A stretch of 64,000 nt of DNA. It comes from Vezdaea acicularis. Taxonomy: Eukaryota. Below, in pieces: positions 49,301 to 62,368 of the stretch; positions within the stretch are counted from its first letter, which is position 1; every line of letters starts with the position of its first letter. Under the pieces are notes generated by a model that saw only the letters and a list, made by a program, of their open reading frames with translations, did not search any database and had not been told where the DNA came from. The stretch covers positions 62,001 through 126,000 of the forward strand of contig JAPEUI010000013.1 of assembly GCA_026025075.1 (NCBI GenBank), given 5' to 3'. A program made the translations under genes and the position numbers.

Positions 49301-51726
49301 ATGCTGAAAGCCATCGTCACCAGCAGCGGCAAGATGATGGCACTAGACCATCTTCTGCGACAGTTCAAGACCGAGAATCACCGAGTCCTCATCTTCAGTC
49401 AAATGGTCAAGATGCTCGATATCATCGGGGATTATCTCCAACTTCGTGGCCACCAATTCCAGCGACTTGACGGCACCATAGCGGCGAGCCAACGACGACA
49501 AGCCATCGACCACTTCAACGCCCCAGACAGCAAGGACTTTTGCTTTCTGCTTTCCACTCGTGCTGGTGGTCTAGGCATAAATCTGATGACCGCCGATACC
49601 GTCATTTTATTCGATTCGGATTGGAATCCTCAGGCGGATCTTCAGGCAATGGCCCGTGCGCACAGAATCGGCCAGAAGAAGCCTGTGAGCATTTATCGAC
49701 TAGTATCGAAAGGAACTGTCGAGGAAGAGGTCTTGACCCGAGCTCGCAACAAGCTGGTCCTTGAATATGTCACAATTCAAGGAAGCATCTCTGATAAGGC
49801 CGCGCAAGACCTTACCAACAAGCTGAAGGAAAACGGAGCCATCGGCGAGGCGCTCACTCCGGAGGACATTAATAAGATCCTCATGAAACGGGGAAAGAGC
49901 ATGTTCCAGCAATCTGGCAACCAGAAGGCCCTGGAGGAGATGACCATCGATGATATCCTTGGAAGAGCCGAAGAACATCACACCATCTCCGACGACATGC
50001 AAGCCGATGGCGGTGTAGAATTCCTCAAGAGCTTTGACTATGTCGATGTCAAACTCGATCTCAACTGGGATGACATCATTCCGAAAGAGCAGCTTGAAGA
50101 GATCAAGGCTGAAGAAAAGAGGAAGGATGAAGCCGAGTATCTCGCCGCGGTTATCGAGCAAAACCAGCCTCGAAAGCGGAAGGCCCCTGCCGATGAGCAA
50201 CGAGAAGAGAGAGCAGCTAAGAAGCGAACTCGCAGTCTTGCTGCCATCGAAAGCCGAGAACAGTCAGACGAGAGCAACGACTTGGATCCGCAGCGGCCGC
50301 TGAACGAGAAGGAAATTCGAAACCTGCACAAGGCATACCTTCGGTATGGCTCTCTTGAAGATCGCGGGGATGAGATCAGCAGGGATGCCGGGCTTGCTTC
50401 CCGTGACCCTCAGATCCTTAAAGCCACTTTGGAAGAGATCATCGATATCAGCAAGAGCAAGCTGCACGATGAAGAGGCACGTCTTGCGGAGTTGGAACAG
50501 TCTACAAACAAGTCCACAACGAAGAAGGATAAGAAAGCGATCATCTTTGACTTCCGTGGCGTCAAAAGACTGAACGCAGAAACGATCGTCGAACGTCCTC
50601 GAGAAATGAGGGCAGTTCGAGAAGCCATTGCCGCCTGGCCAGACTGGAGAAAGTTCCGCATCGCTGAGGCTAATAAGGCCACAAATTACACGGCTTCGTG
50701 GGGAGCCCGAGAGGACGGCATGCTTTGCGTTGGCATCAACAAGCATGGGTATGGTGCGTGGGCAGCGATCCGGGACGATGAGGACCTCGAGATGAAAGAC
50801 AAGCTCTTCCTCGAGGAACATCGTGTTGAAAAGAAGACCGAGAGAGTCAACGGGGAAGAGAAGAATGCGAAGTCCCCGGGCGCGGTGCACCTTGTTCGCC
50901 GAGCGGATTACCTCATATCCGTCTTGATGGCCAGATCCACCAGGAATGCGAAGCTCGCCACGGCTAAGGAGATGATCATCGACAATCATCTTAGGGCAAT
51001 GAAGAAGAACGGCAGGGGCGGCAGTCAGCGATCTGACAAGGCATCCGCCTCCCCTGCGCCTTCAGTCCCGAGGAAGGGGCTTCAATCAGAGCAGAACCGC
51101 CCAAGAAAAAGCCATAGCGAGCATACAAAGGGGGTCGTGCGCCGTCACAGCAATAGCGAAAATGGACATCGCTCATCTGAACATCGTTACAAGCCCTATG
51201 TCAAAGGGGAGGAGCGCAAGAAGCTTCAAGAGCAGAAACTTGAGCACCGACAGCCTAAGTCTCCAGAACAAACCCGCGATGCCTCTGGCGATTCCATTCT
51301 TAGTCCTGACGATATTGCTGTCATGGAAACACTCTTCTCCTCTTTCCGTGATCAGCTAAACTCTCTTCGCAACGCAACAAAGGAGGGTATCCCGGATAGC
51401 AGACAACGCGGGCTTGCCTTGAAGGAAGGGTTGATCACCATTGGGAATCGTATCGAAACTCTCTTGCGGGGCATGAACGGGTCCGATAAGAAGGATCGCG
51501 ATGATCGAGACCTTCTAGAGAAAAAGCTTTGGTAAGTTTCTCTCCACCGGAGGCTACGGTCCAGTCTAACACGTAATCTAGGAGTTATGTTCTCACATAC
51601 TGGCCTGGTGCAATGGCCCAGTATTCGCAATTAAAGAATATGTTCGAACGTCTCGTCGTAGCGGAAAAAGAGGCGAAAATTGCAGAGACGAAAAGTAATG
51701 GGCAGGCGAATGGCGGCGCTTCTTGA
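46367..51726 (+). CDS. CHD1: Chromodomain helicase DNA-binding protein (Chd1/Hrp3)
   Basis: Exons 46367-46373, 46805-47226, 47278-47304, 47358-47448, 47506-48153, 48204-51531, 51582-51726. Two chromodomains (YHIKW..HATWE, YYIKWK.LPY..CTWE), LADEMGLGKT, DEAH, STRAGGLGIN, QAMARAHRIGQ, SANT/SLIDE-like region. First exon less certain. Confidence 0.95.
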
Positions 51727-53064
51727 ATCGTTGCATTACGGGAAAAGTCTTTACCGCTATTGAAACTTTCAATTAGATGAGTTCACCTTGATTTAGCGGC
51801 ATGGTAACCGGGCTGGGGCTTTTTGTTTTGTTTTCCCTCGTCGCCGTCTATTTGCGATTTACCAAGATACCATGGAGGTGGAGGTTTCGGAGTTTTCAGA
51901 CGTCATTTTCAGAATAGCGTTGTGTACGATTTGGGGTTCGAGTTTTACGGATCGCATTGCGGTGGGGCATCATGAAGGCGCTTTTCTTCTTCTCGCACAT
52001 CACTCTTCGGCATCTGCTGAGAACCTTGGGAGACTGGGTGTGAAGGATGGGGTTTGGCGAAGAGGGAAGTGATTGGGGTATGTCGTGCTGGCTGTCTACT
52101 GGGTGCTAATTGAGCCTGTCCCTTGGTGTTCGGATCGTAAGTCTACCTCTTACTTCTTCATCTTTGACTCTAACAGCTAACCCTATATTCCAGCTCGGGC
52201 TTCACACGAATTCAAATACTGGGGGAAATCCCACCCCAAACCAATGCCGCTTCCTCCACTCTTCCGGAATCTCAACTCCTCTCAAGTCGGTAAACATGGC
52301 CGGTGTACCAACCTTACAAGCCAATTCGCAGGTGCCATACTTTTCGAATGATGTGCCCCTGCTGCCAAGAAGGTTCTTGAGCGCGACGGCGAGCTTGTTC
52401 TCTGCTTGGCGCGCTCTCCCGGTCTCGGTGGCAGGCGGATTGATGAGAAGTATGGCTCCGACGACGAGGGGCGATGTATGTGCGGTCGCTGGTCTGTGTG
52501 AACGATGGCGGGGGGGTTGGCGAGGAGAGAAGAGCTGGAGGAGCGGTATTGGAAGCAGAGGTACACTTCAAATTCCTTTGAAAATCAGCAGTCAGTACGC
52601 CGTCCACCTCTCAGCTTCTCTCGGAAGCAACTCAGCATAATCACCCAGTCTTCTAAGCCTCAATCAGATTGCCATCTTGTAGTTTTAGTCTAGCTTGCAT
52701 CCTGGTGCTTTACTCTTTTCAGAGGGCACATAGAGCCTAAGTCCATGGTAGCATACATGGTCGCTCGTTCGCAGCTTAGGGATGCTTTTCGCCATCCTGC
52801 TGCCTTGCGGTAGAGTGTTATAGCTCCGCAAAAGCAATCAAAAGCTTCGAAACACCTTGAAAGGATTATGGAAATGATATGCCTGAAGTAACCTCAATGC
52901 CTGCAATGAGGTTGCCAAATGTAGCGAACGGTATATAGCGATCGCCATTCACGAATTCCCACCTCGGCACGGCTATGACCGGCTTACATCCGAGCACCCG
53001 TATAACTTCAGGACGTAAGCATGACCTCCCCCAGCTCTCCCACGCCAGTAGTCCTCCACCAGCC

Positions 53065-54776
53065 ATGATTCCCCGCAGCGCACTCCAGCGCGCTCCTCAC
53101 TCATTCAGACGCATCTCCAGATTAGCAGGACGTGATTGCCCTCAATGTCGACCCAGGCTACAGTTGCGGCCGCGAAGGGCTTTCCACGGATCCGCGCCGG
53201 CGCTGGTCGTGAAGCCCTTCTTGCTCGCGGATATTGGGGAAGGTGAGTAGATCTACAGAGGATGGGGTTGGATGGCCTTGCTAACTGTGGGGTTCGGGTC
53301 AGGTATCCGCGAGTGCGAGGTCATTCAATGGTTCGTCGAGCCTGATGCGCGGGTGGAGCAGTTCGACAAGTTGTGCGAGGTGCAGTCGGACAAGGCGTCT
53401 GTGGAGGTAATGCATACGACCCGGTGCTCTGAGGTGGGGTTAGAGAAAGGCCAGGCGGCTGATGATGAGGGGATAGATTACAAGCCGCTTCGATGGGGTG
53501 ATTAAGAAACTGCACTATGAAGCGGGGGATATGGCTATCGTGGGCAAGGTGGGTTTCTTCTCTTGGATACCAAGTATGGAGGTAGGGGACTGATGCGGAT
53601 TTGTTAAAGCCCTTACTAGACATCGATATCCAGAGTGAGATCTCGGCGGAGGACGAGGCGCTCACGATAGACCCCGAGAAGCAGGAAGCCGAGCAGACGG
53701 AGGAGCAAGAAGATAAAGAAGCCACAGCGAAGCGCGAGCCCCCTCCCCCGACCACCCTCAGCGCCATACGGCACGAACCCCGAGTCTCAGAGACGCCCTC
53801 TCCACCACCACCACCACCACCAACACCGCCCTCCTCATCACATCCCCCACAAGCCTCGTCCCCACACCCCCCAACCGACCGCCACCAAACCCTAGCCACG
53901 CCCGCCGTCCGCCACCTAGCCAGCACACTCAACATCCCGCTCTCCTCCATCCGCGGCACCGGCAAAGACGGACGCATCCTAAAAGAAGACGTCCACACGC
54001 ACTCGCAACGGTCCCGCTCCCCCCCCTCCTCCACCAACCCCGAACCGCACACCACCCTCCCCCTCACCCCCATCCAACTATCCATGTACCGAAGCATGAC
54101 CGCCTCCCTCTCCATCCCCTCCTTCCTCTACACCAGCACCTACGACTACACGCACCTCTCCACCCTGCGCTCCCGCCTGAACACCCACCTCTCCCACCTT
54201 TCCCCCCCAGGACCGAAACTAACACACCTCCCCTTCCTCATCAAAGCCGTCAGTCACGCTCTGCACCAATACCCGCTCCTCAACGCCCGCCTCGAAGTAC
54301 CCTCCGAAGGCTCCGAAGGAGAGAAACCCAGCCTGACATACCGCCCCCAGCACAACATCGGCATCGCCACCACCACTCCCGCCGGCCTTGTGGTCCCCGT
54401 CATCCCTAACGTCCAATCCCTCTCCATCCTCGAAATCCACACCCAACTCCTCCGCCTCTCCTCCCTCGCCGCCGCCGGCCAGCTCTCCCCCCCAGACCTC
54501 GCAGGCGGCACATTCACAATCAGTAACATCGGAAGTATCGCCGGCGACGTCGTCGCGCCCGTTATCGTGCCCGGGCAGCTAGTCATTCTCGGTGTTGGGC
54601 GCAGGAAGAGGGTTCCGGTGTTTGCGGAGGGGGGGGAGGTGGTGGGAAGGGAGCTGGGCACGGTTAGTTGGGCGGCGGATCATAGGGTTGTGGATGGGGC
54701 GACGTTGGCGAGGTTTAGTGAGGTGGTTAGGGGGATGGTGGAGGGGGAGGGGGTGCTGTTGAGTGGGTTGAGGTAG
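53065..54776 (+). CDS. DBT: Dihydrolipoamide branched-chain transacylase (BCKDH E2), mitochondrial
   Basis: Exons 53065-53242, 53303-53406, 53477-53548, 53610-54776. Arg-rich presequence, LADIGEGI, lipoyl motif EVQSDKASVEI, subunit-binding ATPAVRH..GTGKDGRILKED, catalytic ADHRVVDG. Confidence 0.92.
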
Positions 54777-55141
54777 AGGGAGGGGGGGGTTTGTTTGGTC
54801 ATGGAGAGCGGTGGTATGGAGCCGTTGAGGCTTTTTGGAGCGCGATAGAGAAAGGGGGGGGGGGTGCTTTTGGGGGGTCAGGGGGCTGACATAGGGTGGA
54901 TGGTGCGAGGGATGGAGGTACGGTTTCTTCATGGCGAGCGATGGCATAGGCCTATTGAGCTGGTTTGGAGCGTGGAAGGTAAAGGGGAAGGCGGCTTTGC
55001 TATAGGAGCAGCACAGCATTTCAATATATCTCGCGAATTCATATCTCACCAACATGGCCGGCCACCACAGTACGAGTGAATACATTACATTGACTCTTAT
55101 AATCAATCACGACCAGCCACCGCCAGGTAAACACCAATCCA

Positions 55142-55677
55142 CTAAACGGGCTCTTGGATGACGGGCTGTTGCTGGGCCTGCGGCTGCGTGATGGCCTGGT
55201 TCTGCTGGCTCGCCACGGCGGCGGCGATCTCGGGGGATTGTCGGTAGAGGACGATTTCGGACTGCTTGAAGTAGCGACGGGCGTCTATGAGAGCGGAACA
55301 CATTAGCCCAAACATCTGCACTTTACGGGCCCGTTCTCGTCAAAGTGGAGACCAGCGCACGCGTGGTTGGGGAAAGTGGGTGGTGAATGTTGAGGAACCG
55401 GCACTGCCGAGAACGCGACGTGGGTGGTGGTGGTTTAGGCGGGTAAGGCGTGGCGTCTTGGCGTGGGGTGCCCGGTGGCGCGCCCTCGGAAAAACGTCGC
55501 GCCTTTGCCGGGCGAAGACCCTCGCAGGGGACGCCACCTCCTCCCGGTGGTGGGCTCGAGTGAACCCGGTGAGGCGGACGCGCGAGAGGACGGCGTATGC
55601 AGGGAAAATTGTCGGTTGGTGATTGCCGAGGGCCTAGGGAGGGTGGGAAGGAGAGGAGAGGGGATGGGGGCACCGTC

Positions 55678-55708
<31 letters not shown>

Positions 55709-56838
55709 CACCTTCGTCTATGAGCACTAGGCTCAGGTAGTACCGCGTACTGTATTTCTTATTCACCTCGCGAAAGGTGGGGGTCAGGTCGAAGCCGCCC
55801 AGGAAGAGTCGGATCGGGATAGTTTCACCTACGAATGGCGAGCCTCAAATGTCAGCGTGTGATCTCAAGTGCAGTCGTATGCGTGATGCCCTTTTCACCG
55901 CCGTCCGTGCGCTGTCACGGTCGTGAACAGACGCAGGTTGCGTCCGTGTTAGTGTGGGGGTCAGCGCGCCGCCGCCGCTGCTCGACGCACCTCTTGATGG
56001 TGACCCGTCCATAATCTGAATGTGACCGTCCACTTAGCTTCGCCATCTCGGTGAATCAGGAGGATGATGCAAAACGAACCTCGAACCGCACGAGCGTTTC
56101 GCTCTCGTTGTACTGGTTGGGCGCCGCCCCGGTCGTTTCTCGGCGTATGATGGACAGTTCCATATGCTTTATCTTCAGCCGCACAAGCAGGAAGTATATG
56201 CGCCCGACTATCACGTCCTTCAGATGGTATTTTGATTTCGAGTACTCAAACTCGATGTGCAAGCAATCCTCGATCCCAACGTCCATCTTGATGGAGCTAT
56301 TGGTTTCTGGTGGGATGCGGTAGGAGTAGACCCACAAGTCCTTCTCCCGGACGACATCCGCCATCCTCCGTGACACCGTGACTTTAACGAAGTATCGTAG
56401 CTTGACGTTGATGCCATTGTATGATTCGTACTGTTTCTCGACGTTCTTGAAGTTGAAGTCGAAGGTCTGCGGGTGCTGCAGGTCGCCTGGAGCCGCGAGC
56501 TCTTGCCCAGATTGTAGGAATTCGTAATGATTGCCTCTATCGAAGAACATCTCTGAGAGGGTTCAACCCTGTCAGCGTGCTGTGGCATCTGCAATCGGTG
56601 GAAAACATGGCTACTACCTACCGATGGTGCCGATGAATTGCACCTTGATCCCCGTATGCTCTAATCGCTTGCCGTCCTTGGGCCGTATGGTAACCTGCCC
56701 TTTCACTGATTCTCCATCCTTGTATAACGGAGCCTTCTCCCTTCGATTCTTATCCAATTTGACGTCCACCATCTGCCGGTCATCTCCATCTTGTAGGACG
56801 ATATCGATGTCGACCGGGGTTGAGAAGAAGTATGACAT
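55142..56838 (-). CDS. VPS26: Retromer subunit Vps26
   Basis: Exons 56838-56622, 56552-56080, 56015-55991, 55828-55712, 55284-55142. LEHTGIKVQFIG, IKMDVGIEDCLHIEFEY, FEIMDGSPSRGETIPIRLFL, DEDARRYFKQSEI. Confidence 0.96.
55677..55706 (-). repeat. (CAG/CAA)10 microsatellite at the 5' end of VPS26 intron 4
   Basis: Directly follows the GTGAG donor. Confidence 0.9.
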
Positions 56839-59800
56839 GGTGAGGGGCGAGGAGGCTTCGGTGTCATGCGTGGGTCTGGAGTCTACTCATTGGATGATTC
56901 TACATCAAGGTCAAGCTTTTGAGCCGCACAGTGGAACAGTTTGATAGCGACAGAAGTGGACGCGTCAAGCTAGAGAGAGAGCTTGGCGCTAAGCGATGCG
57001 GCTCTCTTTCCAATCCCAATATCATCTCCTCGTGCAATCAAATCTACAACGCAAGATCAAAAGTTAATCGAGTAGGTCTTAAACTGACCCGATTCAAGGC
57101 AGTCTCTCCTTACGCTGGGCTCGGACCAATTGTTTGAGATTGGCGAGAGGAAGGCCTTTGGTGATGGTTGCGCATTGTCAAACCGATGCTCATCACGAGG
57201 GCCAGAGCGAGAACCGACAGGATACACCAGAAATGGAAGGATGTTGTTCACCCCCAGGCACGAGACGCACACGGTGCTTCCTTCCTCCTTCACTATCAGA
57301 GCAGGCCCCGTGATATGATGCCGTGATTGCACGGGGACGGCTGGGGGTCATGAGATTCGACGAAAGAAGTCGACGCGCTCTGCAGGACACATCAGACCCT
57401 GTGAGACATTCCGAGCTGGGGAGGCATTGATGCCCGAAGTGCTCGTCAGGACCTTCTCTCTGCTCTTTGCTTTCAGCCCTTGCGCTTGTGCGCTTGAGCG
57501 CTAAGCAGGAGTCGACCTTGACTTCCGCCTTAGCTCGGTCCGCACCGCAGCCGCCGTCCAGCCAAACTTTTTTCACCTCGTTCCAGCTGTGCCTCACTGT
57601 GGCATTTTCTTCGCTGGACCTCTCGCGCGCCATACGGCTGACCCGGACACCGCTGCGCTCTTTACTCGGCGACAATTTGGCCTGAGCAGGAACGAGTGGC
57701 TTCTGTTTATGTCATGATGCGGTCATCGCCGCTCCCGTCCCCTGCAGACTTCCATGCGGGCGAGCCCTCTCGGTCGACAATCGTCGAAGGGTCGATAGAC
57801 GGCGCGCCGTAGCGGACGGTCACGGTCAAGCCACCGGCTGGAACTAGCCGCTATCTCGATATCTTATCGATTGTCAAGTAGTTAGTGTTGGAAGTCCAGC
57901 CCAGCGTCACGTCTCCAACTGCCCGTCTGCCCCGTGTGTCGCTTGAGGATTCGCATCGTCGTCTAGCTTAGGGTCTGGTGGTGGGGGTGATCCATGATCC
58001 CTGCGCCGACCTCCTGCACCCCAGAGTCAGACGGACGGGCGGGCTCCGGACAAGGCTGGCCGCTTGCACATCCACCGTGCGAGAACACGGGAGATCCGAC
58101 CCGATCAACGCGCGTCCCGAATAACACAACTTTCTCCATGGACGATGATCACGAAAAAGCAAGCAACAGTCGGCGGCCGCTCTTCGGCCAACTTCGCCGC
58201 AAACGGAGCATGCTCACGTGCTTGGCGGGGCACCGTCGTCATCTTTTCACGAGCAACCTCGACTGGGCAGGGTGCGGCACAGTGTCAGTCTGACCCGGTC
58301 GTGCCGAGAGGAAATTGGTGATATTGATGGTGTCCTCGAGACGGTGCTGATAGAAAGGGATGCTCGGACCTTCAAGAAGACCAGACTGGCCAGATTGGCA
58401 GCGAAAGGGAAGCTGAGACCTCCATGCAACGGCCCGTCCATCTTCCCGGGGCCAAGCGCGACAGGTGCGAATAGAGCGGAGAGGCTTGGAATATCGAGCT
58501 GACAGGTGCGGCCGACGACGGGGCGCCCTCAAAATCAATTAACGGACGCATAATGCGCGGAATTATAATCTCCTCGCCAATCCCCCGCTCTTGTGCTGCA
58601 TGTTGGTGTTCACCCTCTCCCCCCCTCCCATCCCCACAATTATCTCTGATCCCTCAGCTCCGGGAGGACGGAGGAGGGTTGCGACGCAGGTCTGGCCACA
58701 TGTTCACCTGGCCCGCAATGCACATTAATGCCTCGACCAGACAGGAAGAGAGAGCGCCGTATCAGCACCGTACCCCGCTCTGCACGGCACCTTGAAGGGG
58801 AAGGGGGAGGCGTCGATTTCGTATGAATTTCCCGATTCCTGAGTCCGGGACGGCCGGCCCGAGCGGGCACGTTTCGTTAGGAAGAACAGGACCAGAATGC
58901 GTGCGAGCGGTAAGTCAATCGACGTCTCCACTGCCAATATTGAAGCCGTTCGAGTGCCACCGAGCAAGGATGGGGAATTTTCATGGGATTCCGGGGGCTC
59001 GTGGCGATTGGACCCCGTGTGCGGTTTAAGCATCCCACCGGACCGGCTCCGCCGCCAGCGGAGCCACGGACAGTCGCAGAATACGGTGAGGGGCCGATGA
59101 GGCGGTCAGCGAGGGCCGTTTTCCTTCGAGTTCTGAACCTTCTCCAACGAACCCTACGGCCGAGTTACCAGCCGGAGATGCTGCCGATTTCGAGATCGAC
59201 CGTGCTGAAGGGACCGTTCGCTTGTTTTTCTTGTGCGACTCGACACGGGAGAAGCGCAATGTCTTGGGGTCTGCCGTCCAAGCACGTCTCTACTTTACAA
59301 CGACCGAGGAAGCATTGGAGCTTCGGAGCTGCAGGACCAGGAAAAAGTGTGAATGGCAAAGTGATGCTGGATCCGCAATCTCGGTAACGTATTTGGCCAG
59401 GAGTGGAAGGGGCTAAGGTCAGAGTTTGCGGAAGGCGGACGAGCCTGCAATGGGAAGGGACGACGGCCGATGTTTCCTTTTGATATGATCACCGCGGGGG
59501 CTTGTGCAGCCGAGCGAGGGAGAGAACCTTTTCCGTGGGCTACGGCAAGACAGGGTAAGAGCCCCCCCCCTCCGCCGCGTGCGGGCCATCCAAGCCATCG
59601 CCTCGGACCAGGCCAATCGTGCAAATGGACAAGGAACCGACGGAGGAAGCGACGAAGGGACCCCTCCACAGATCACTCGGATTACGTTTGGTGCGGCGCC
59701 CCGTTTCTTGCATTCTCACATCCGGTGCCTTTCTTCGCCCTCTCGACGCGCGCCATGTCTCTAGCACTAAGGACCGGAGCCGGTCGCCGCGAGAGCGACG

Positions 59801-61583
59801 GTCGCGCGCCTGGCTCTGACATGACGAGGAGAGGCCGTTACGGAAGGGAGAAGCAGACAGCGCCCGTGGTCGGATCATCGTCTGGAGAGTGCTCGGACCT
59901 CCGTGGGCAGGCAAGCATCTCCCTCGTCCATCCCCCATCCCGAATGCGGACAGCGCACGTAGCGCGTCGGCGAGGGCTCACGATCCCGTCGGCCGAGCAC
60001 GAGCACAACCTCGTGACTGCTCTTCCGTCATAATACGTAGTCGACGTGCAACGGTGCGCTTGTTATGGAAGGGGGGGGGCACCAGCCGCGTGTGGTATGG
60101 TCGAGGCATCAGGGCTGACCCCAGACTACAAGCCTGCTCTCCTTTCCCTTTATTTTTTTTTCTTCCCGCCAATTTCCTTTTCTTCAATTGCTGGTCACGA
60201 CTGCTGCTGCACGGCTCGCAGGTCAGGGTCAAGGCCGTGCACGGCGGAGATCATCATCCTCATTACCATCACCGTCCCCGTCCCCCTCATCATCACGTCT
60301 CTCTCTCGATGTGCCGGTGCCGGGCTGATGGGCCCCCCCCGCCGAGCGTGCCAGACCCGCGGTGCTTACAAGTAAGTTAGACGATCATGACAATGCCAGG
60401 CAAGAAAGGGTCCTTGGGCTCATGGGAGCGTGCGGCGTCTCGGTAGAGCGGGCTCGCCTAGTGCCCAATCACGGCGGCGGCGCTGATTCCCTTACGAAAT
60501 ACGTGGACCGGTTGACCTCTTCTGGCTGCGGGCAGCGGGCGCCCCCCCCGCCTGTGCTGCTGGCCGTTGGACCCTTTCGCCCTTTCTCTGCTCATCTTGC
60601 GCTCAGCTCCTCTCGCCCTTGTTTTCTTTTCTTTTCCTGCCTTTTCCGCCCGCGGCTCTCCTTTAGTGGAGGAGCGAGGGAGAAGGGGGGAAGGGGGGGC
60701 GAGGGGACCACGGTTTGCTGCTTGCTCCCTGGAGCCCTTTCCCTGGTCTCACGCACGCTCATCGTTACACACACCCCACCACGCGAGAATCATCTGCGCC
60801 TGCGCCTGCGCCCCGAGCCCCGAGCCTGAGCTTTTTTCCCTTTCGCATCCGCATGCAGCGTCCAGCTCTCCGCTCTCGCCTCTCACACCAGCACGACAAC
60901 GACCACTCCCCCCTCCCCTCCGACCCCCCGCGCCGCGCCCAGCAATGCGTGTTCCCAGATCCCACCGGCGTGGTCATGGCCTTGTCGAGCCAGCCCCTTG
61001 ACTAAGAAGGGCTTGGGTTCGGTGGCACGCTAGACAAGCCCCCAGTGGCCCCCCTCCCCCCATGGTAGTGTGGGGTTGACGGACTCGGCGCGATAGGTAC
61101 CGCGGCCACTTGACCACCACTCGACCACCTTACGGCCACCACACGGCCACCACCACTCACCACGCACTCACGGCCACCCTCCAACCATGGACCCGACGCT
61201 CGTCGCCCCGATCCGACCTGTGCGCCTATATATCCTGAGGTCAGCCCTCCGTCCGTCCCTGCGTCACCCCCAGAAGACGATCCGCCGCGACCCCGAACCA
61301 TTCGAAAGCCGCATGTAGCAAACATTGGGTTTCTCCTGCTTCCTTTGGCTTTTGCTCTTTGCCCTTTGCCCTTTGCTCTTTGCTCTCATCGCGCCGGGCC
61401 CTCCTTTCCCTTTCCCCCCGGTTAGTCGCAACCACGTCCCCATTGACTGACCACGCGCCCCGTTCCCACCGGCCATCCGACCAACGCGTACGCCGTTGCC
61501 AGTATATACAAACTTCTCTTCTGAGTCAGATCCAGCGCTATAAAACAGGCCTCCCCTCTCTGTTGCTCAATCCGGCCGCCAGC

Positions 61584-62368
61584 ATGTTATCCTACGACGA
61601 ACGGCCTCAGGCTCCGCTCTATGCCAGCTCGAGCGTGACAAGAGCCTCACGCAAACCAAGCGTCATGACGGGCCGACCGCGGCCGCACCGCTTCATCTGG
61701 ATAGTCACGGGCCCGGCTGGCTGCGGCAAGACCACCGTCGCCAAGTACCTCGCCGAGAGTCTGAAGATGCCCTATATAGAAGGAGACGAGGTATGGTGCA
61801 TCTCCTGTCCCCCCCTCCTTGCCCCCCTCCTTTCCAACCCCTCAGAAAACACCTCTCCCTCTAGCCATTCACCCTCAGTAAGCTGACCTCCGCCTTCTTC
61901 CCCCCATAGTATCACCCCAAAGCCAATGTCGAGAAGATGAAGCATGGCATCGCCCTCACCGACGCCGACAGGTGGGACTGGCTGGTACAACTACGGCAAG
62001 TTTCAGTCGACCGACTCGACTCGACCAATGGCAGCGCGGGCGTTGTCCTCACCTGCTCGGCGCTGAAAGAGAAATATCGGGACGTGATCCGGATCGCAGC
62101 CTACAATGACCACGACGTGATCGTGCGCTTCATATACCTGCGCGCCGACGAGAAGGTGCTGGTCGAGCGCGTGCGCGAGCGCCAGGGTCACTTCATGAAG
62201 GAGGATATGGTCCGTAGCCAGTTCTCGTCGCTGGAGGAACCAAGGGTTGACAAGGAATCCGATGTTCTGGTCGTGGACGTGGGCGGCTCCGAGATGGAGG
62301 CGAAGCGGCGCAGCTTGGATGCTGTGAGGAGGAGCTTGGCCCTTGACGGGAGGTCGTCGGAGTGCTGA
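61584..62368 (+). CDS. Gluconokinase (thermoresistant GntK/IdnK family)
   Basis: Exons 61584-61790 and 61910-62368 (GTATGG...GCTGAC...TAG). TGPAGCGKTT, IEGDEYHPKANVEKM..GIALTDADRWDWL, TCSALKEKYRD, HFMKEDMVRSQF..LEEP. Confidence 0.94.
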
